Positions 1-10,046 of a stretch of 64,000 nt of DNA are shown here, in pieces. The DNA lies in the NCBI GenBank assembly GCA_025060695.1, contig JANXBH010000009.1:584-64583 (forward strand), in the 5' to 3' direction. A model generated the notes under the pieces. The model did not search any database, had not been told where the DNA came from, and saw only the letters and a program-made list of their open reading frames with translations. A program made the position numbers and the translations under genes. Within the stretch, counting starts at the first letter, position 1. Each line of letters opens with the position of its first letter. This DNA is from a candidate division WOR-3 bacterium (GTDB lineage Bacteria > Hydrothermota > Hydrothermia > LBFQ01 > DSFT01).

Positions 1-1
1 T

Positions 2-907
2 ATGAGAACTTTGAGAAGTACTTCAACGCACAGCTTTGGCTCTTCTGGTAGAGTGGCGCACGACTCGAGGAAGTTCTATGCCAGAAAAATGTTTGAAAGT
101 TTTCAGGTGAACTACGGTTGTGAATGTGAACCCATGGAGAATCCTATACCTCAGAACTATCTTGACCGAGTATTTTGCAAGTCTTCTGAAGACATGGCGG
201 AGCTCCCAGATAACAGCGTCCATCTTATGGTAACATCGCCACCTTACAACGTAGGCAAAGAATACGACCAAGACCTGAGCTTCGAGGAATACAGAGAGTT
301 TCTCAAAAGGGTTTGGAGAGAGGTTTATAGAGTTTTAGTTTGGGGTGGGAGAGCTTGTATAAATGTGGCTAATCTTGGCAGGAAGCCATACATACCCCTA
401 CATGCCTTTATCATTCAAGACATGCTTGAGATAGGTTTTCTCATGAGAGGTGAGATAATTTGGGTCAAGACTGGTGGAGGTGCACCTTCTACCGCTTGGG
501 GCTCGTGGATGTCTGCCAAAAATCCTGTCATAAGAGACGAGCACGAGTATATTTTGGTCTTTTCAAAAGGCTCATACGAAAGGAAAAAGCCAGAGGACAA
601 AGAAGACACAATAAGTAGAGAGGAGTTTTTGGAGTTTACCAGAAGTGTGTGGTATATAAGACCTGAGTCCGCAAAGAAAGTAGGACACCCTGCACCTTTT
701 CCTGTAGAACTACCTTACAGACTCATTCAGCTTTACACCTTCAAGGGTGAGATAGTCCTTGACCCTTTCATGGGTAGCGGTCAGACCGCTATAGCCAGCC
801 TAATGGCAAACAGATATTATGTAGGCTACGAAGTAAAGCCCGAGTATGTTAACCTTGCAAACCTGAGAATACAGGAGTATGTGAAAAGCTATGCATGTGC
901 TCGTTAG
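2..907 (+). CDS. DNA methyltransferase, N4-C/N6-A, beta class
   Basis: Catalytic VTSPPY precedes the SAM motif VLDPFMGSG; HPAPFP motif present. GC visibly higher than the rest of the window. Confidence 0.92.
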   Translation: MRTLRSTSTHSFGSSGRVAHDSRKFYARKMFESFQVNYGCECEPMENPIPQNYLDRVFCKSSEDMAELPDNSVHLMVTSPPYNVGKEYDQDLSFEEYREFLKRVWREVYRVLVWGGRACINVANLGRKPYIPLHAFIIQDMLEIGFLMRGEIIWVKTGGGAPSTAWGSWMSAKNPVIRDEHEYILVFSKGSYERKKPEDKEDTISREEFLEFTRSVWYIRPESAKKVGHPAPFPVELPYRLIQLYTFKGEIVLDPFMGSGQTAIASLMANRYYVGYEVKPEYVNLANLRIQEYVKSYACAR

Positions 908-1979
908 AGAACCTTTAACCGAATGTGTTAGCTTTAGAGACCTTTACGCCTATCCTTCCACCGGCTATTGTCTTTTCGGTCTTTACAGATACCCTGCCAA
1001 GTTTATTCCTCAGGTAGTCTTGTACGCCATTAAAGAATACGCACAGCATGGAGATGTGGTTTTTGACCCCTTTGCGGGAAACGGAACGGTGGGGATTGCG
1101 TGTAGGCTTTTGTGGTATGACTATGAACTCTGGGATATAAACCCTATGCTCTCTTTTCTGCACGACTTCTGTCGTATTAACCACATAGTGTCTATGAAAG
1201 AGGTAATAAAAAGCCTTGAAGAAGTTCAAAACTCAAAAGGCGTGTATTTACCCAAGTGGGACAATGTGGCTTACTGGTATCCAGAGGGCTTTCTTGAAGA
1301 GCTTGGTAGGTTAAGGCATGCCATAGAGAAGGTAGAAAATTATCAGGTCAAGCTCATTCTGTTGCTTGCTTTTCTTAAAACTGCCAAATACTTTTCCTAT
1401 GCGGACGAAAAAGTTCACAAGCTATACAAGTCAAAAAAGGCTAAAGAAAAAGTAGAAAAACTTCTGAGAGATAACTGGAGAAGCCTTATGAGGGAAAACC
1501 TGTGGTCTAATGTGGTGTATATTTTGGGAAAACTTCAGGAATACCTTTTGGAAAAACCGAAAGAAGTTCAAGGTGTGGTGATGGCAGGTGTGGATACTCT
1601 AAAGCAGGAACTTGATAGGGATGTGGACCTTTTGTTAACTTCGCCCCCTTATCTTCAGGCTCAGGAATATATAAGGTCAACAAAGTTGGAGCTTTTCTGG
1701 TTGGGACATACGCAGGAACAGGTGAGCCAGCTCTCTAAAAGGGAAATTCCTTATAGGAAGGATGTTCCTGAAGTCTCTATAAAATCAGAAACTTACCATG
1801 TGCTATACGAAGCCATAGGAGAGGAAAAGCTAAGGGAAGTTTACAAAAAATATTTTATGTCTATAATAGGTTCACTTCAGAGACTTTCGGAGAAGGTTAA
1901 AAAAAGAATGCTTATATTCGTAGGTCCTGTATACTCAGGAAATGTAAGAGTTGTTTTTATCGTCCCTATGAGGGATTGA
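891..1979 (+). CDS. DNA methyltransferase, alpha order (probably N4-C); C-terminus probably truncated
   Basis: YPAKFIPQ, FDPFAGNG, then LTSPPY. The last codons and the stop are supplied by a CRISPR repeat (1953-1982). Confidence 0.82.
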   Translation: MHVLVREPLTECVSFRDLYAYPSTGYCLFGLYRYPAKFIPQVVLYAIKEYAQHGDVVFDPFAGNGTVGIACRLLWYDYELWDINPMLSFLHDFCRINHIVSMKEVIKSLEEVQNSKGVYLPKWDNVAYWYPEGFLEELGRLRHAIEKVENYQVKLILLLAFLKTAKYFSYADEKVHKLYKSKKAKEKVEKLLRDNWRSLMRENLWSNVVYILGKLQEYLLEKPKEVQGVVMAGVDTLKQELDRDVDLLLTSPPYLQAQEYIRSTKLELFWLGHTQEQVSQLSKREIPYRKDVPEVSIKSETYHVLYEAIGEEKLREVYKKYFMSIIGSLQRLSEKVKKRMLIFVGPVYSGNVRVVFIVPMRD

Positions 1980-2427
1980 AACATTTAGAAGATGAAAAGA
2001 GTAAAAACACGTTTTGCTCCGTCTCCGACGGGGCAAATACACATAGGCAATTTGAAAATAGCATTAATAAATTATTTATATGCCAAGAAATAATGGATTT
2101 GCATATTATGTTTATTATACTGGCGATATAATAAAGCAAATAAAATTAGAGCAAATAAGAAATATTAGCAATGAAAATATTGAGAAAATAATAAACGATA
2201 TTTATAACGAAATCGAAAATGATCATAATGAACATTCAACAATTTTCCGATACAAAACTAGTTTTTATCATCCCTATGAGGGATTGAAATTCAGAAGTAT
2301 TTTTCACCTCCCTTTCTATCGTTATTTTGTTTCTATCATACTTATGAAGAATTGAAAAAGAAATGTGCTGTCTGTGAACTGGTATTGGGCTTTAAGCTTT
2401 TACATCTCTCCTATAGGAAATTAAAAC
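1953..2427 (+). CRISPR. Degenerate orphan CRISPR array (3 clear repeats plus 1 decayed)
   Basis: 30-bp repeats GTTTTTATCGTCCCTATGAGGGATTGAAAC (1953-1982), GTTTTTATCATCCCTATGAGGGATTGAAAT (2261-2290), GTTTCTATCATACTTATGAAGAATTGAAAA (2329-2358) and a decayed copy at ~2396-2427. Intervals are 278, 38 and 37 bp. The ATTGAAAC end is typical of type I-B/III repeats. No cas genes in the window. Confidence 0.8.
1992..2093 (+). pseudogene. gltX: 5' fragment of glutamyl-tRNA synthetase (33 codons)
   Basis: Manual translation [33 protein letters not shown] contains RFAPSPTG and the HIGH-type motif. Not in the ORF track. Confidence 0.85.
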
Positions 2428-2429
2428 TA

Positions 2430-3341
2430 ATGATAGAGAATGAAATAAAAAATCACATCTTGAAAAATGGTTTTGACCTTGTGGGAATAACCGATATTGA
2501 GATACCAGAGAAGATAAGGAATAGCTTTATAAATTGGATAAAAAATAATCATCATGGAGAAATGAAGTATATGGAAAATATGGAAAAGAGACTAAACTTA
2601 AAAGCTATCTGGGAAGATGTAAAAAGTGTAATAGTAGTTGCAAAGAACTACTATAAAAAAGTGCAATATAAAAATTACAAAATCTCAATTTATGCACTAT
2701 CAAAGGACTATCATAAGGTGATTAAAAAAAAACTTATAAAAATTTTTAGGGAGTTTTCAAGGAAGTATAGTTTTAACTTTAAAGTTTATGTAGATAGTGG
2801 TCCTGTACTTGAGAAAGTTTTAGCACAAAAGGCTGGACTTGGCTGGCAAGGTAAAAACTCACTTTTAATAAACCCAAAATTTGGCTCATATATATTTTTA
2901 GCAGTAATATTAGTAGATATAGAACTAAAACCTGACAAACCTTTTTTATATGACTATTGTGGAAAGTGTAATAAATGCATTAAATCTTGTCCTACAGGAG
3001 CAATTTTAGAAAATAGAACAATAGATGCAAAAAAGTGCATATCTTACTTAACAATAGAATACAAGGGAGAAAATATTCCAATACCATATAAAGACTGGAT
3101 ATTCGGATGCGATATATGTCAAATAGCATGTCCTTGGAATACAAAAGCAAAAGAAACAGACTGGGAAGAATTTAAAAAACTTGAAGTTTTAGAATATTCA
3201 CTATACGAGCTTTTAAAACTGAAAAAAGAAGAATATGATAGAATTTTTCAAGGAATGCCAATTAAAAGAGCAAATTTTGAAAGATTTAAAAGAAATATTC
3301 TTCACATTATGGAAATAGACCCCTCCTCCTATAAGCATTAG
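2430..3341 (+). CDS. queG: Epoxyqueuosine reductase
   Basis: CGKCNKCIKSCPTGA, KCISYLTIE, IFGCDICQIACPWN, VDSGPVLEK. Start moved to ATG 2430 because the upstream extension is CRISPR DNA. Confidence 0.93.
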   Translation: MIENEIKNHILKNGFDLVGITDIEIPEKIRNSFINWIKNNHHGEMKYMENMEKRLNLKAIWEDVKSVIVVAKNYYKKVQYKNYKISIYALSKDYHKVIKKKLIKIFREFSRKYSFNFKVYVDSGPVLEKVLAQKAGLGWQGKNSLLINPKFGSYIFLAVILVDIELKPDKPFLYDYCGKCNKCIKSCPTGAILENRTIDAKKCISYLTIEYKGENIPIPYKDWIFGCDICQIACPWNTKAKETDWEEFKKLEVLEYSLYELLKLKKEEYDRIFQGMPIKRANFERFKRNILHIMEIDPSSYKH

Positions 3342-4578
3342 CAATTCGCTCAATCGCAAGAATATAAGAAGAAGTTCTAAGATCTACTAAATATTTTTTA
3401 GAAGTAGAATAAACTTCGTTTATTACTCTAATTAGTCTTTTTTCTAAGCTTGCATTTACTTCCGCTTCATCCCAATAATATCCAATTTTATCCTGAATCC
3501 ATTCTAAATACGAAACAATTACTCCTCCAGAGTTTGCTAATATATCGGGAATTACAATTTTCCCATTTGAAAGTAAAATTTCATCAGCCTCAAAAGTTGT
3601 AGGACCATTTGCACCTTCTACTATATACCTTGCTTTTATATATCCTGCATTTTCTTCAGTTATTTGATTTTCCATTGCAGCTGGTACTAAAATATCTACA
3701 TCTAATTTAAATAATTCTTCATTTGTTATACTATCTGCGTTTGGATAACCTGCAACAGTTCTTCTTATTTTACCTTCTATATTCTTCTCGTAGTATGCAT
3801 ATTTTATTAAGTCCTGAATATCTAAGCCATTTTCATTATATACCCCTCCACCCGAATCAGTTATACCAACCACTTTTGCACCCATTTGAGTTAAAAACAA
3901 AGCAGTATAACTTCCTACATTTCCAAAGCCCTGAATTGCAACCTTTTTACCTTCAACACTATCTCCAAAAATTTTTAAAAACTCTCTAATGTTAATAGCT
4001 ACACCTCTTCCAGTTGCTTCCTTTCTTCCCTTTGAACCACCAAGGAAAACAGGCTTACCTGTAACAACTGCAGGCTCATTGTATCCCTTTATTACACTAT
4101 ATGTATCCATAATCCATGCCATAATTTGCTCATTTGTCAAAACATCAGGTGCAGGAATATCAAGAGAAGGACCAATTAAACTAATAATCTCATATGTATA
4201 TCTTCTTGTTAAGTTCTCAAGTTCTCTTAAGGACAGCTTCGTTGGGTCTACCTTTACCCCACCCTTCGCACCTCCAAATGGCAAATCTACAAGAGCACAC
4301 TTAAATGTCATCCACTGGGCTAATGCTATTACTTCGTCCCTGTCTAAATCAGGAGAATATCTAATACCACCCTTATATGGACCTAATGCATTGTTATACT
4401 GACATCTATAACCTTCAAAAACCTTTATCTCGCCATTATCCATTCTTACAGGAATATAAACTTCTACAACTCTCTCTGGATAGCTAAGTATTTCTCTTAT
4501 CCAGTTTTCAAGATGCATTATCTCTGCAGCCTTGTTAAATTGCTTCATTGCCTCAACTCTTGGATTTTTTTGCTCCAT
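3307..4578 (-). CDS. gdhA: Glutamate dehydrogenase (Glu/Leu/Phe/Val family)
   Basis: GPYKGGIRY, GGAKGG, DIPAPDV, QGFGNVG, EGANGP. Confidence 0.95.
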   Translation of the reverse strand: MEQKNPRVEAMKQFNKAAEIMHLENWIREILSYPERVVEVYIPVRMDNGEIKVFEGYRCQYNNALGPYKGGIRYSPDLDRDEVIALAQWMTFKCALVDLPFGGAKGGVKVDPTKLSLRELENLTRRYTYEIISLIGPSLDIPAPDVLTNEQIMAWIMDTYSVIKGYNEPAVVTGKPVFLGGSKGRKEATGRGVAINIREFLKIFGDSVEGKKVAIQGFGNVGSYTALFLTQMGAKVVGITDSGGGVYNENGLDIQDLIKYAYYEKNIEGKIRRTVAGYPNADSITNEELFKLDVDILVPAAMENQITEENAGYIKARYIVEGANGPTTFEADEILLSNGKIVIPDILANSGGVIVSYLEWIQDKIGYYWDEAEVNASLEKRLIRVINEVYSTSKKYLVDLRTSSYILAIERIANAYRRRGLFP

Positions 4579-4628
4579 ATTGAAAATTTTAAAGTAATAA
4601 TTAAATACTTTAAAATTTATAACTTCTT

Positions 4629-5741
4629 ATGGGTTTTGCATATACGCCCGGTTTAAAGGTTACAAAATATACAAGAATAGTAAAGGAAAGGAAATTACCA
4701 ATTAAGGGAAATGTTCTTGTAGATAAAGGGCAAAAGGTAGCAGCGGAAGACATAGTAGCAAAAACCGAAATTCCCGGAAATGTTAATATAATAAACATTG
4801 CAGGAATACTTGGAATAACACCTAAGGAAATTTATAAGTATATAACCAAAAAGGAAGGAGAAGAGATAAAAAAAGGAGAAATTATAGCAATAAACAAAGT
4901 ACTTTTTGGTCTAATTAGAAATCCAGTTCTATCTCCAATTGATGGATTTGTAGAGAATATTTCAGATATTACAGGACAAGTTATATTAAGAGAGCACCCA
5001 ATTCCTATACAAGTAAATGCATATGTAGATGGAAATGTAATAAAGGTTATTGAAAATGAAGGAATTGAAGTTGAATGCCATGGTGCTTTTATTCAAGGTA
5101 TATTCGGTATAGGCGGTGAAAAGATTGGAAAAATTAGAATTGCAGTAAAAAACCCTGAAGATAGTTTAAAAATAGAACATCTTTTAGAAGATGAAACAGG
5201 GAATATTATAGTAGGTGGTTCATATGCAAATAGCGAAGTAATAAGAGAAGCAATGAGAAGAAATGCTATAGGAATAGTTTTAGGAGGAATAGATGATTAT
5301 ACAATAAAGGAAATACTTGGATATGATATTGGAGTTGCAATTACAGGAAATGAAAATATTAGTACAACCATAATAATAACTGAAGGATTTGGAAAAATAC
5401 CAATAGCAAGTAGAACTTTTGATATATTAAGTTCATTAGATGGTAAAAAAGCTTCTATAAATGGAGCAACTCAAATAAGAGCAGGAGTTATGCGACCAGA
5501 GATAGTTGTCCCATTAAGCGTAGGAAAAGAGGTTGAAAATAAAGAGGATGGGACACTAAAAGTTGGAAAACTTGTAAGAATTATAAGAAGTCCGTATTTT
5601 GGTATGATTGGTAAAGTTGCGGAGCTTCCCATTGAACCTGTAGGTATAGAAACTGAATCAAAAGTAAGAATACTACGAGTTCAAATAGACGGACAAATTA
5701 TATCTGTCCCAAGAGCAAATGTAGAATTAATAGAAGAGTAA
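4629..5741 (+). CDS. Conserved hypothetical protein with barrel-sandwich hybrid repeats and a C-terminal KOW-like motif
   Basis: VLVDKGQKV, SPIDGFVE, TEGFG, GATQIRAGVMRPE, LKVGKLVRIIRSPYFG. Confidence 0.7.
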   Translation: MGFAYTPGLKVTKYTRIVKERKLPIKGNVLVDKGQKVAAEDIVAKTEIPGNVNIINIAGILGITPKEIYKYITKKEGEEIKKGEIIAINKVLFGLIRNPVLSPIDGFVENISDITGQVILREHPIPIQVNAYVDGNVIKVIENEGIEVECHGAFIQGIFGIGGEKIGKIRIAVKNPEDSLKIEHLLEDETGNIIVGGSYANSEVIREAMRRNAIGIVLGGIDDYTIKEILGYDIGVAITGNENISTTIIITEGFGKIPIASRTFDILSSLDGKKASINGATQIRAGVMRPEIVVPLSVGKEVENKEDGTLKVGKLVRIIRSPYFGMIGKVAELPIEPVGIETESKVRILRVQIDGQIISVPRANVELIEE

Positions 5742-5742
5742 A

Positions 5743-7689
5743 TTGGGCGAGTTTAGAAGACTACTAAAGTTTGTTCTTCCATACAAAAAATTTCTAATAA
5801 TCTCTATATTTGTAGTTTTAATCTCCGCATTTGTAGAACTTTCTATGCCGTACTTAATAAAAATAGCAATAGATAAGCATATATCTCCACAAGTTGTCCA
5901 ACTAAATAAAATACCAGAATGGAAAGATAAATATCCACAAGCATTTTATGAAAACTTCGTTCTCATATATGAAATACCAAATCATTTAAGAAGTGAATTA
6001 GAAAAGCTCGGTTATTTAAGCGAAAAGAAATACTATATTATATCAGATTCTATGGAAAATGCAATAAAGTTCAAGGATAAATACATAATTTCAGTTGAAG
6101 AATATAGTAAATTAGAAAATAAGTTTGCATTAAGGAAAGATGACATTAAGGCTATTATCTTTATTTCCGTAGTTTACATTGGACTTTTGGTTCTTGATTT
6201 TATTTTGGTATATTTACAGATTTTGATTTTAACGATATTGGGACAAAAAAGCGTATTTGAAATAAGAACTAAGTTATTTGAGCATTTGCTAAAGCTTAGA
6301 ATAGAGTTCTTTCAAAAGCAAAAGGTTGGAAGATTAGTAACGAGAGTTGCTAACGATGCAGATGCCATAAATGAATTTTATACTTCAGTTTTAGTAAATT
6401 TAATTAGAGACATAGTTTTAATTATTGGAATAGTAATTTTGATGCTAATTATGAATGTTAAAATTACGCTAATTGTGCTTTCAATTATTCCATTTTTAAT
6501 TATTGCAAGTGCTATATTTAGATACTATGCAAGAAAGGCATATGATAATGTAAGAAGGATACTTGGAGACTTAAATGCATTTTTAAACGAGAGTATAGTT
6601 GGAATTTCAGCTATTCAAGCATTTAATGGTCAAGCTCATATGTTTAAGAAATTTAGTAATGTTAACACTGATTTATATAAGGCATTTTTAAATGTTATTT
6701 ATGTATTTGGAATATTTATGCCAATAGTAAGTCTTGCATCCTCTATTGCAATAGCATTTCTAATTTACCAGGGAGGAATTGATATTATAAAACAATCATT
6801 TACATTTGGAAGTCTCGTAGCATTTATTAACTATATAGAAATGCTATTTAATCCAATTAGGGATTTGGCTGAAAAATACAATACTATGCAGTCCGCATTT
6901 ATTGCATCAAAAAGAATATTTTTACTAATGTCAGAAAAGACAGAAAACTACTCTCAAGGAAAGATAATTCAGGATGTAAAAGGTCGTATTGAGTTTAAAA
7001 ATGTATACTTTGCATATGAAGAAGAAAATTGGGTCTTAAAGGATTTTAATTTAACCATAGAACCTGGGCAAAAAGTTGCAATAGTTGGTCCAACGGGAAG
7101 TGGAAAAACTACCATTATGAATTTACTTTTAAGATTTTGGGATGTTCAAAAAGGTCAAATATTGCTTGATGGAGTAGATATTAGGGAATTAAATATTAGC
7201 TTTTTAAGAAGTCAATTTTCATGGGTTTTGCAAGATGTTTTTCTATTTTCTGGTAGTGTTAAGGATAATGTATTTTTATATAGGAAAAATGGGAAAATTG
7301 AAAACTACTTGGATTACTTTGGAGTAAGTGAATATATAAAGGTTGATAAATTAGTAAACGAAAGAGGAACTACTTTTTCGCAAGGTCAAAGACAAATTAT
7401 TTCATTCATTAGAGCAATTGCAAATAATCCTAAAATATTACTCTTAGATGAAGCAACAAGTAGCATAGACCAAGAAACTGAAAATATAATACAAAAGTCT
7501 TTAGAAAAATTACTAAAAGATAAAACTGCAATAATAATTGCACATAGATTATCTACTATAAAGAATGCTGATAAAATAGTAGTGCTATATAATGGAGAAA
7601 AGATTGAAGAAGGAAAGCATGAAGAACTAATAAATAAAAAAGGCTTTTACTATCATCTATATTCAATACAATTTGAAGCTATAAACTAA
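5743..7689 (+). CDS. ABC exporter, fused TMD-NBD
   Basis: TM domain, Walker A GPTGSGKT, signature FSQGQRQ, LLDEATS, IAHRLST. Confidence 0.93.
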   Translation: MGEFRRLLKFVLPYKKFLIISIFVVLISAFVELSMPYLIKIAIDKHISPQVVQLNKIPEWKDKYPQAFYENFVLIYEIPNHLRSELEKLGYLSEKKYYIISDSMENAIKFKDKYIISVEEYSKLENKFALRKDDIKAIIFISVVYIGLLVLDFILVYLQILILTILGQKSVFEIRTKLFEHLLKLRIEFFQKQKVGRLVTRVANDADAINEFYTSVLVNLIRDIVLIIGIVILMLIMNVKITLIVLSIIPFLIIASAIFRYYARKAYDNVRRILGDLNAFLNESIVGISAIQAFNGQAHMFKKFSNVNTDLYKAFLNVIYVFGIFMPIVSLASSIAIAFLIYQGGIDIIKQSFTFGSLVAFINYIEMLFNPIRDLAEKYNTMQSAFIASKRIFLLMSEKTENYSQGKIIQDVKGRIEFKNVYFAYEEENWVLKDFNLTIEPGQKVAIVGPTGSGKTTIMNLLLRFWDVQKGQILLDGVDIRELNISFLRSQFSWVLQDVFLFSGSVKDNVFLYRKNGKIENYLDYFGVSEYIKVDKLVNERGTTFSQGQRQIISFIRAIANNPKILLLDEATSSIDQETENIIQKSLEKLLKDKTAIIIAHRLSTIKNADKIVVLYNGEKIEEGKHEELINKKGFYYHLYSIQFEAIN

Positions 7690-9200
7690 TGCGTAAAATG
7701 CCTAATACCTGTAAATACAAGCTTTATATTATATTTCCTTGCTTTTTCTATAATTTCTTTATCTCTAATTGAACCACCTGGCTCTACTATTAAGTAAATT
7801 CCATTTTCATGTGCAAGTTCAATACTATCTGAAAATGGGAAAAATCCATCGCTTATTAAAATGCTATTTTTTGACCTTTCCCCTGATTTCATAATAGCAA
7901 CTTTAAGCGCGTCAATCCTACTTGTCTGACCTATACCCATACCAACCGTAGAAAAATCCTTTACTAATAAAATTGCATTTGACTTCATATACTTTATTAC
8001 TTTAAGACCAAACTCTATATTTTTTATTTCATATTCAGTTAAATTTTCACCACTTAAAAGCTCCATCTTTGAATACAAAACACTATCATCTTCACATATT
8101 AGAATATCTCCTCCAATATCTCTAATAAAAAACTTAGGCTTATTAAAATCTTTAACTTTTAACAGCTTTCTATTTTTCTTCTTTCTTAAAATTTCAATAC
8201 TATCGTTTGTATAGTCTTTAGCTATAATGATTTCATAAAACTGTTCGTTCAGTAAATGTGCAACTTCCTCATTTACTAAAAAATTAAATGCAACTATTCC
8301 ACCATATGCGGAAGTTTTATCGCTTTCATATGCTTTTAAATATACCTCAGTATCACTACTTCCTATTGCAACACCACATGGATTATTGTGCTTTACAATG
8401 GCACAAGCAAACTCACTAAACTCACTTACAATACTATAAGCATAAAAACTATCAAGAAGGTTATTATATGATAGCTCTTTTCCATAAATTAGTTCTATAG
8501 ACTGAGAAAAACCCTTATAGTAATTGTTAAACAATAAACTTGCATTTTGATGAGGATTTTCTCCATATTTTAATTTAAACCCCTTCCTATAAGAAAAAAC
8601 TACTTCACTATCAAATAAGCTATATTTCCACCTATTTAAAAGTTCGTTATAAATGAAACTATCATAGCTTGCACTCTTGTAAAATGCCTTTAATGCAAGT
8701 TTCCTTCTATCTTCAATACTAAGAATATTAGTTTTTAATTTCTCAATTACCCAGCTCAAATCATTTAAATCTACTATAACTATTACATCTTTATAGTTCT
8801 TTGCACCTGCCCTAATTAAAGAAATTCCACCAATATCAATAAATTCAAATAGTTTTTCCTCATCATATTCTATCTTTGAAAAATTTTCAAAAGGATATAA
8901 TTCTACTATTACTAATTCAATATTAGGAATATTGTTTTCCATTGCCTCTATTATATGTTTTTGAACATTTCTCCTATAAAGTATTCCACCAAATATATAT
9001 GAATTTAATGTTTTTACCCTTCCGTCAAATAGTTCTTTTTGACTAAACAATTCACCAATAGTATTAACATCTATTTGCAAATTTCTTAAATAGCTTGCAG
9101 TTCCATCTGTAGAGATAATTCTATATCCAAGATTTATTAGTTCTATTACATACTTCTCTATATTTTCTTTTGACCATACTGAAACGAGTGCATACTTCAT
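7686..9200 (-). CDS. purH: Bifunctional AICAR transformylase/IMP cyclohydrolase
   Basis: DGRVKTL, IDIGG, LKYGENPHQ, KHNNPCG, SDGFFPF, TGIRHFTH. Confidence 0.96.
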   Translation of the reverse strand: MKYALVSVWSKENIEKYVIELINLGYRIISTDGTASYLRNLQIDVNTIGELFSQKELFDGRVKTLNSYIFGGILYRRNVQKHIIEAMENNIPNIELVIVELYPFENFSKIEYDEEKLFEFIDIGGISLIRAGAKNYKDVIVIVDLNDLSWVIEKLKTNILSIEDRRKLALKAFYKSASYDSFIYNELLNRWKYSLFDSEVVFSYRKGFKLKYGENPHQNASLLFNNYYKGFSQSIELIYGKELSYNNLLDSFYAYSIVSEFSEFACAIVKHNNPCGVAIGSSDTEVYLKAYESDKTSAYGGIVAFNFLVNEEVAHLLNEQFYEIIIAKDYTNDSIEILRKKKNRKLLKVKDFNKPKFFIRDIGGDILICEDDSVLYSKMELLSGENLTEYEIKNIEFGLKVIKYMKSNAILLVKDFSTVGMGIGQTSRIDALKVAIMKSGERSKNSILISDGFFPFSDSIELAHENGIYLIVEPGGSIRDKEIIEKARKYNIKLVFTGIRHFTH

Positions 9201-9234
9201 AAGTTAGAAAATTTTAATCTTTAAAATTTTTTAT

Positions 9235-10026
9235 ATGTCAAAATTTCTTAGAGTATTAGCGATTGGAGATGTTTACGGACATCCCGGTAGAGATATTCTA
9301 AAAAGGTTTATTTTAGATTTAAAGAAAAAATATAATCCAAGCATCATTATAGTAAATGGGGAAAATGCGGCACATGGAAGGGGAATAAGTCCTAAAATCT
9401 ATGAGGAAATTATTTCTCTTGGTATCGATGTTATAACTCTTGGAAATCATACATTCGATGAGGAAAAAGTATTAGAAATCATTGAAAAGCCTGAAATACT
9501 TGTTCCATATAACTATCCCGATGGGACACCCGGAAGGAAGATATTTGAATTTGAATATTATGGTAGAAAGGTAAAGGTTTTGAATCTTCTTGGAAGATTA
9601 TTTATGGATGATTTTAGAATAGATGACCCTTTTAGAAAAGCTATAGAAGTATATGAAAAAGACCCAGATGCAATTTATATTTTAGACTTTCATGCGGAAG
9701 CTACAAGCGAAAAATTGGCAATGGGTTTATTCCTTGATGGTAAATATTCATTAGTATTTGGGACACATACGCATGTTCAAACTGCTGATGAAAGAATATT
9801 TCCAAATGGAACAGCGTATATTACAGATATTGGAATGACAGGAGGACTTCTCTCAGTTATTGGTGCGGACTATAAAGTAGTAATAGAAAGATTTCTATAT
9901 CCTCACATTAAAAAGAAAGCAGAGCCTTCTTATTTAGACTTACACATTCAAGGTATATACTGCGAAATCGATATTAATACTAAAAAAGCTTATAAAATTC
10001 AAAGAATCTCAGTTAAGAATATTTAA
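9235..10026 (+). CDS. ymdB: YmdB-family metallophosphoesterase
   Basis: GDVYG, NGENAAHG, TLGNH, DFHAEATSEK, GTHTHVQTAD. Confidence 0.92.
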   Translation: MSKFLRVLAIGDVYGHPGRDILKRFILDLKKKYNPSIIIVNGENAAHGRGISPKIYEEIISLGIDVITLGNHTFDEEKVLEIIEKPEILVPYNYPDGTPGRKIFEFEYYGRKVKVLNLLGRLFMDDFRIDDPFRKAIEVYEKDPDAIYILDFHAEATSEKLAMGLFLDGKYSLVFGTHTHVQTADERIFPNGTAYITDIGMTGGLLSVIGADYKVVIERFLYPHIKKKAEPSYLDLHIQGIYCEIDINTKKAYKIQRISVKNI

Positions 10027-10046
10027 ATGAGCTCTAAAATTTCAGT

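Noticed and set aside
1953-2427. Active CRISPR-Cas system
   Set aside because: No cas genes or leader in the window, and the repeats are decayed.
2080-2429. ORF 2080-2355 and the TTG-start extension of queG
   Set aside because: Both run through CRISPR repeats and spacers.
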